22,444 nt of DNA. It comes from Batkoa obscura. Lineage: Eukaryota. Position numbers and translations under genes: made by a program. Numbering within the stretch: position 1 is the stretch's first letter; each line of letters starts with the position of its first letter. A model generated the notes under the pieces. That model made no database searches, was not told where the DNA came from, and saw only the letters and a list, made by a program, of their open reading frames with translations. The DNA lies in assembly GCA_030770535.1 (NCBI GenBank), contig JASVEC010000022.1, positions 868,001 to 890,444 on the forward strand, in the 5' to 3' direction. Below, in pieces: positions 21,164-22,444 of this stretch.

Positions 21164-22444
21164 ATGTTAAATATATTATCTTTTGTCGACCCATGGGAGT
21201 CCTTCCCATTACTGTTTGGAGGGTTTATTGTTATCTTTTCTTTATTTTCTATGGTCATTAAAGAATGGTTATTTTTATCCGAAGCTTGTAAGTGAATTCT
21301 ATAAACATCGCTTTTTGTTAAATCTCAATTGTCAATTAGCCAGAAACTAATGTCTTTTATTTCAAATATAGTGGTTGCAACTCTATTTGGTATATTGATA
21401 GGTCCAGAAGGATTTGGCTTTGTAAATCCATTAGGTTGGGATAACATTGATAAAGTAACTTTAGAATTTGCTCGAGTTTGTATAGCTTTACAAGTATTTG
21501 CAGCTGGTGTCAATTTACCCAAAGCTTATTTAGTAAAAGAATGGAAATCATTATTAGTTTTATTATTACCCGTTATGGGAGTTATGTGGGCTGTGACTGC
21601 TTTTGCTATCAAATTCTTACTTAATATAAATATTGTAAGAGTTTTTTTTAATTTTTTTATAACTTTATATTAACGTATATCTAGCTTGAAGCTCTTTTAA
21701 TTGCTGCTTGTGTTACTCCAACTGATCCTGTATTAGCTAACTCCATTGTACGTGGTAGATTTGCTGAGAGCCACGTACCATTACATGTACGTAATATTAT
21801 CTCTGCCGAATCAGGCGCTAATGATGGACTTGGCTTCCCTTATTTATATTTCCCATTACTGATTTTACGCAGTGCTAACTTTGGCTCGGCTATGATGGAA
21901 TGGTCCATAAGTATTTGGTTATATCAAATTGTACTATCAACCATAATTGGTGCAGTAATTGGTTATGCTGCTCTAAAAATATTATATTATTGTCAATCAC
22001 GTGAATTAATTGATAAAGAATCCTTTTTAGTATTTGGATTTGCATTATCTTTATTTATTATGGGTTGTGTAGGTATTATTAAATCTGATGATTTATTAGC
22101 TTGTTTTATTGCAGGCAATGCTTTTACTTGGGATGATTGGTTCAGAATTGAAATTGAGAATACACATATGCAAGAAGTAGTGGATTTATTTTTTAACTTG
22201 TCCATCTTTATCTTTTTTGGAACTATTGTACCATGGGCAGCCTTTGGTACTATTGGAGTATATAAATTAATAGGAATTGCTGTTATTGTATTATTATTCC
22301 GTAGAGTACCAATTGTATTAGCCTTAAAACCATTTACACCTTCACTTAAAAACTATTCAGAAGCTTTTTTTGCTGGTTGGTTTGGGCCAATTGGTGTAGG
22401 CGCCATCTTTTATTCAATGGTAGCAAGAGAAGAGTTACATTTAA
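21164..22444 (+). CDS. NHA1: CPA1 Na+(K+)/H+ antiporter, fungal Nha1/Sod2-like (5' part; runs off the right edge). Exons 21164-21287, 21372-21634, 21685->22444
   Basis: GGFIVIFSLFSMVIKEWLFLSEA, QVFAAGVNLP, ACVTPTDPVLA, AESGANDGLGFP, SDDLLACFIAG and GWFGPIGVGAIFY are characteristic of fungal Nha1/Sod2. Confidence 0.92.

Noticed and set aside
21031..22205. Three short minus-strand ORFs (21031-21258, 21325-21522, 21993-22205)
   Set aside because: Antisense to the antiporter gene, with no motifs.

Overview
A very AT-rich eukaryotic window with short GT-AG introns (mostly 44-58 nt), most consistent with an early-diverging fungus; the taxon is an inference. From left to right it holds two tandem minus-strand PIF1/RRM3-family helicase genes, a ~1.39 kb inverted duplication carrying two identical NmrA/isoflavone-reductase-like genes, a ~1.6 kb GC-richer decayed coding relic of unknown origin, and an intronless POT/PTR2 peptide transporter. 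These are followed by a repeat-rich intergenic region with a ~95 bp MITE-like family, a COA8/APOPT1-like gene, ARP3 head-to-head with a divergent actin, and the 5' part of an Nha1/Sod2-type cation/H+ antiporter. The left PIF1 copy is intact as far as visible and has an N-terminal PIP box and SIM-like motifs; the right copy has three 1-nt frameshifts. No prokaryotic system, CRISPR array or RNA gene is supported. The most interesting signals are the palindromic gene pair with signs of homogenisation, the PIF1 pair, the MITE family, the relic and the divergent actin.
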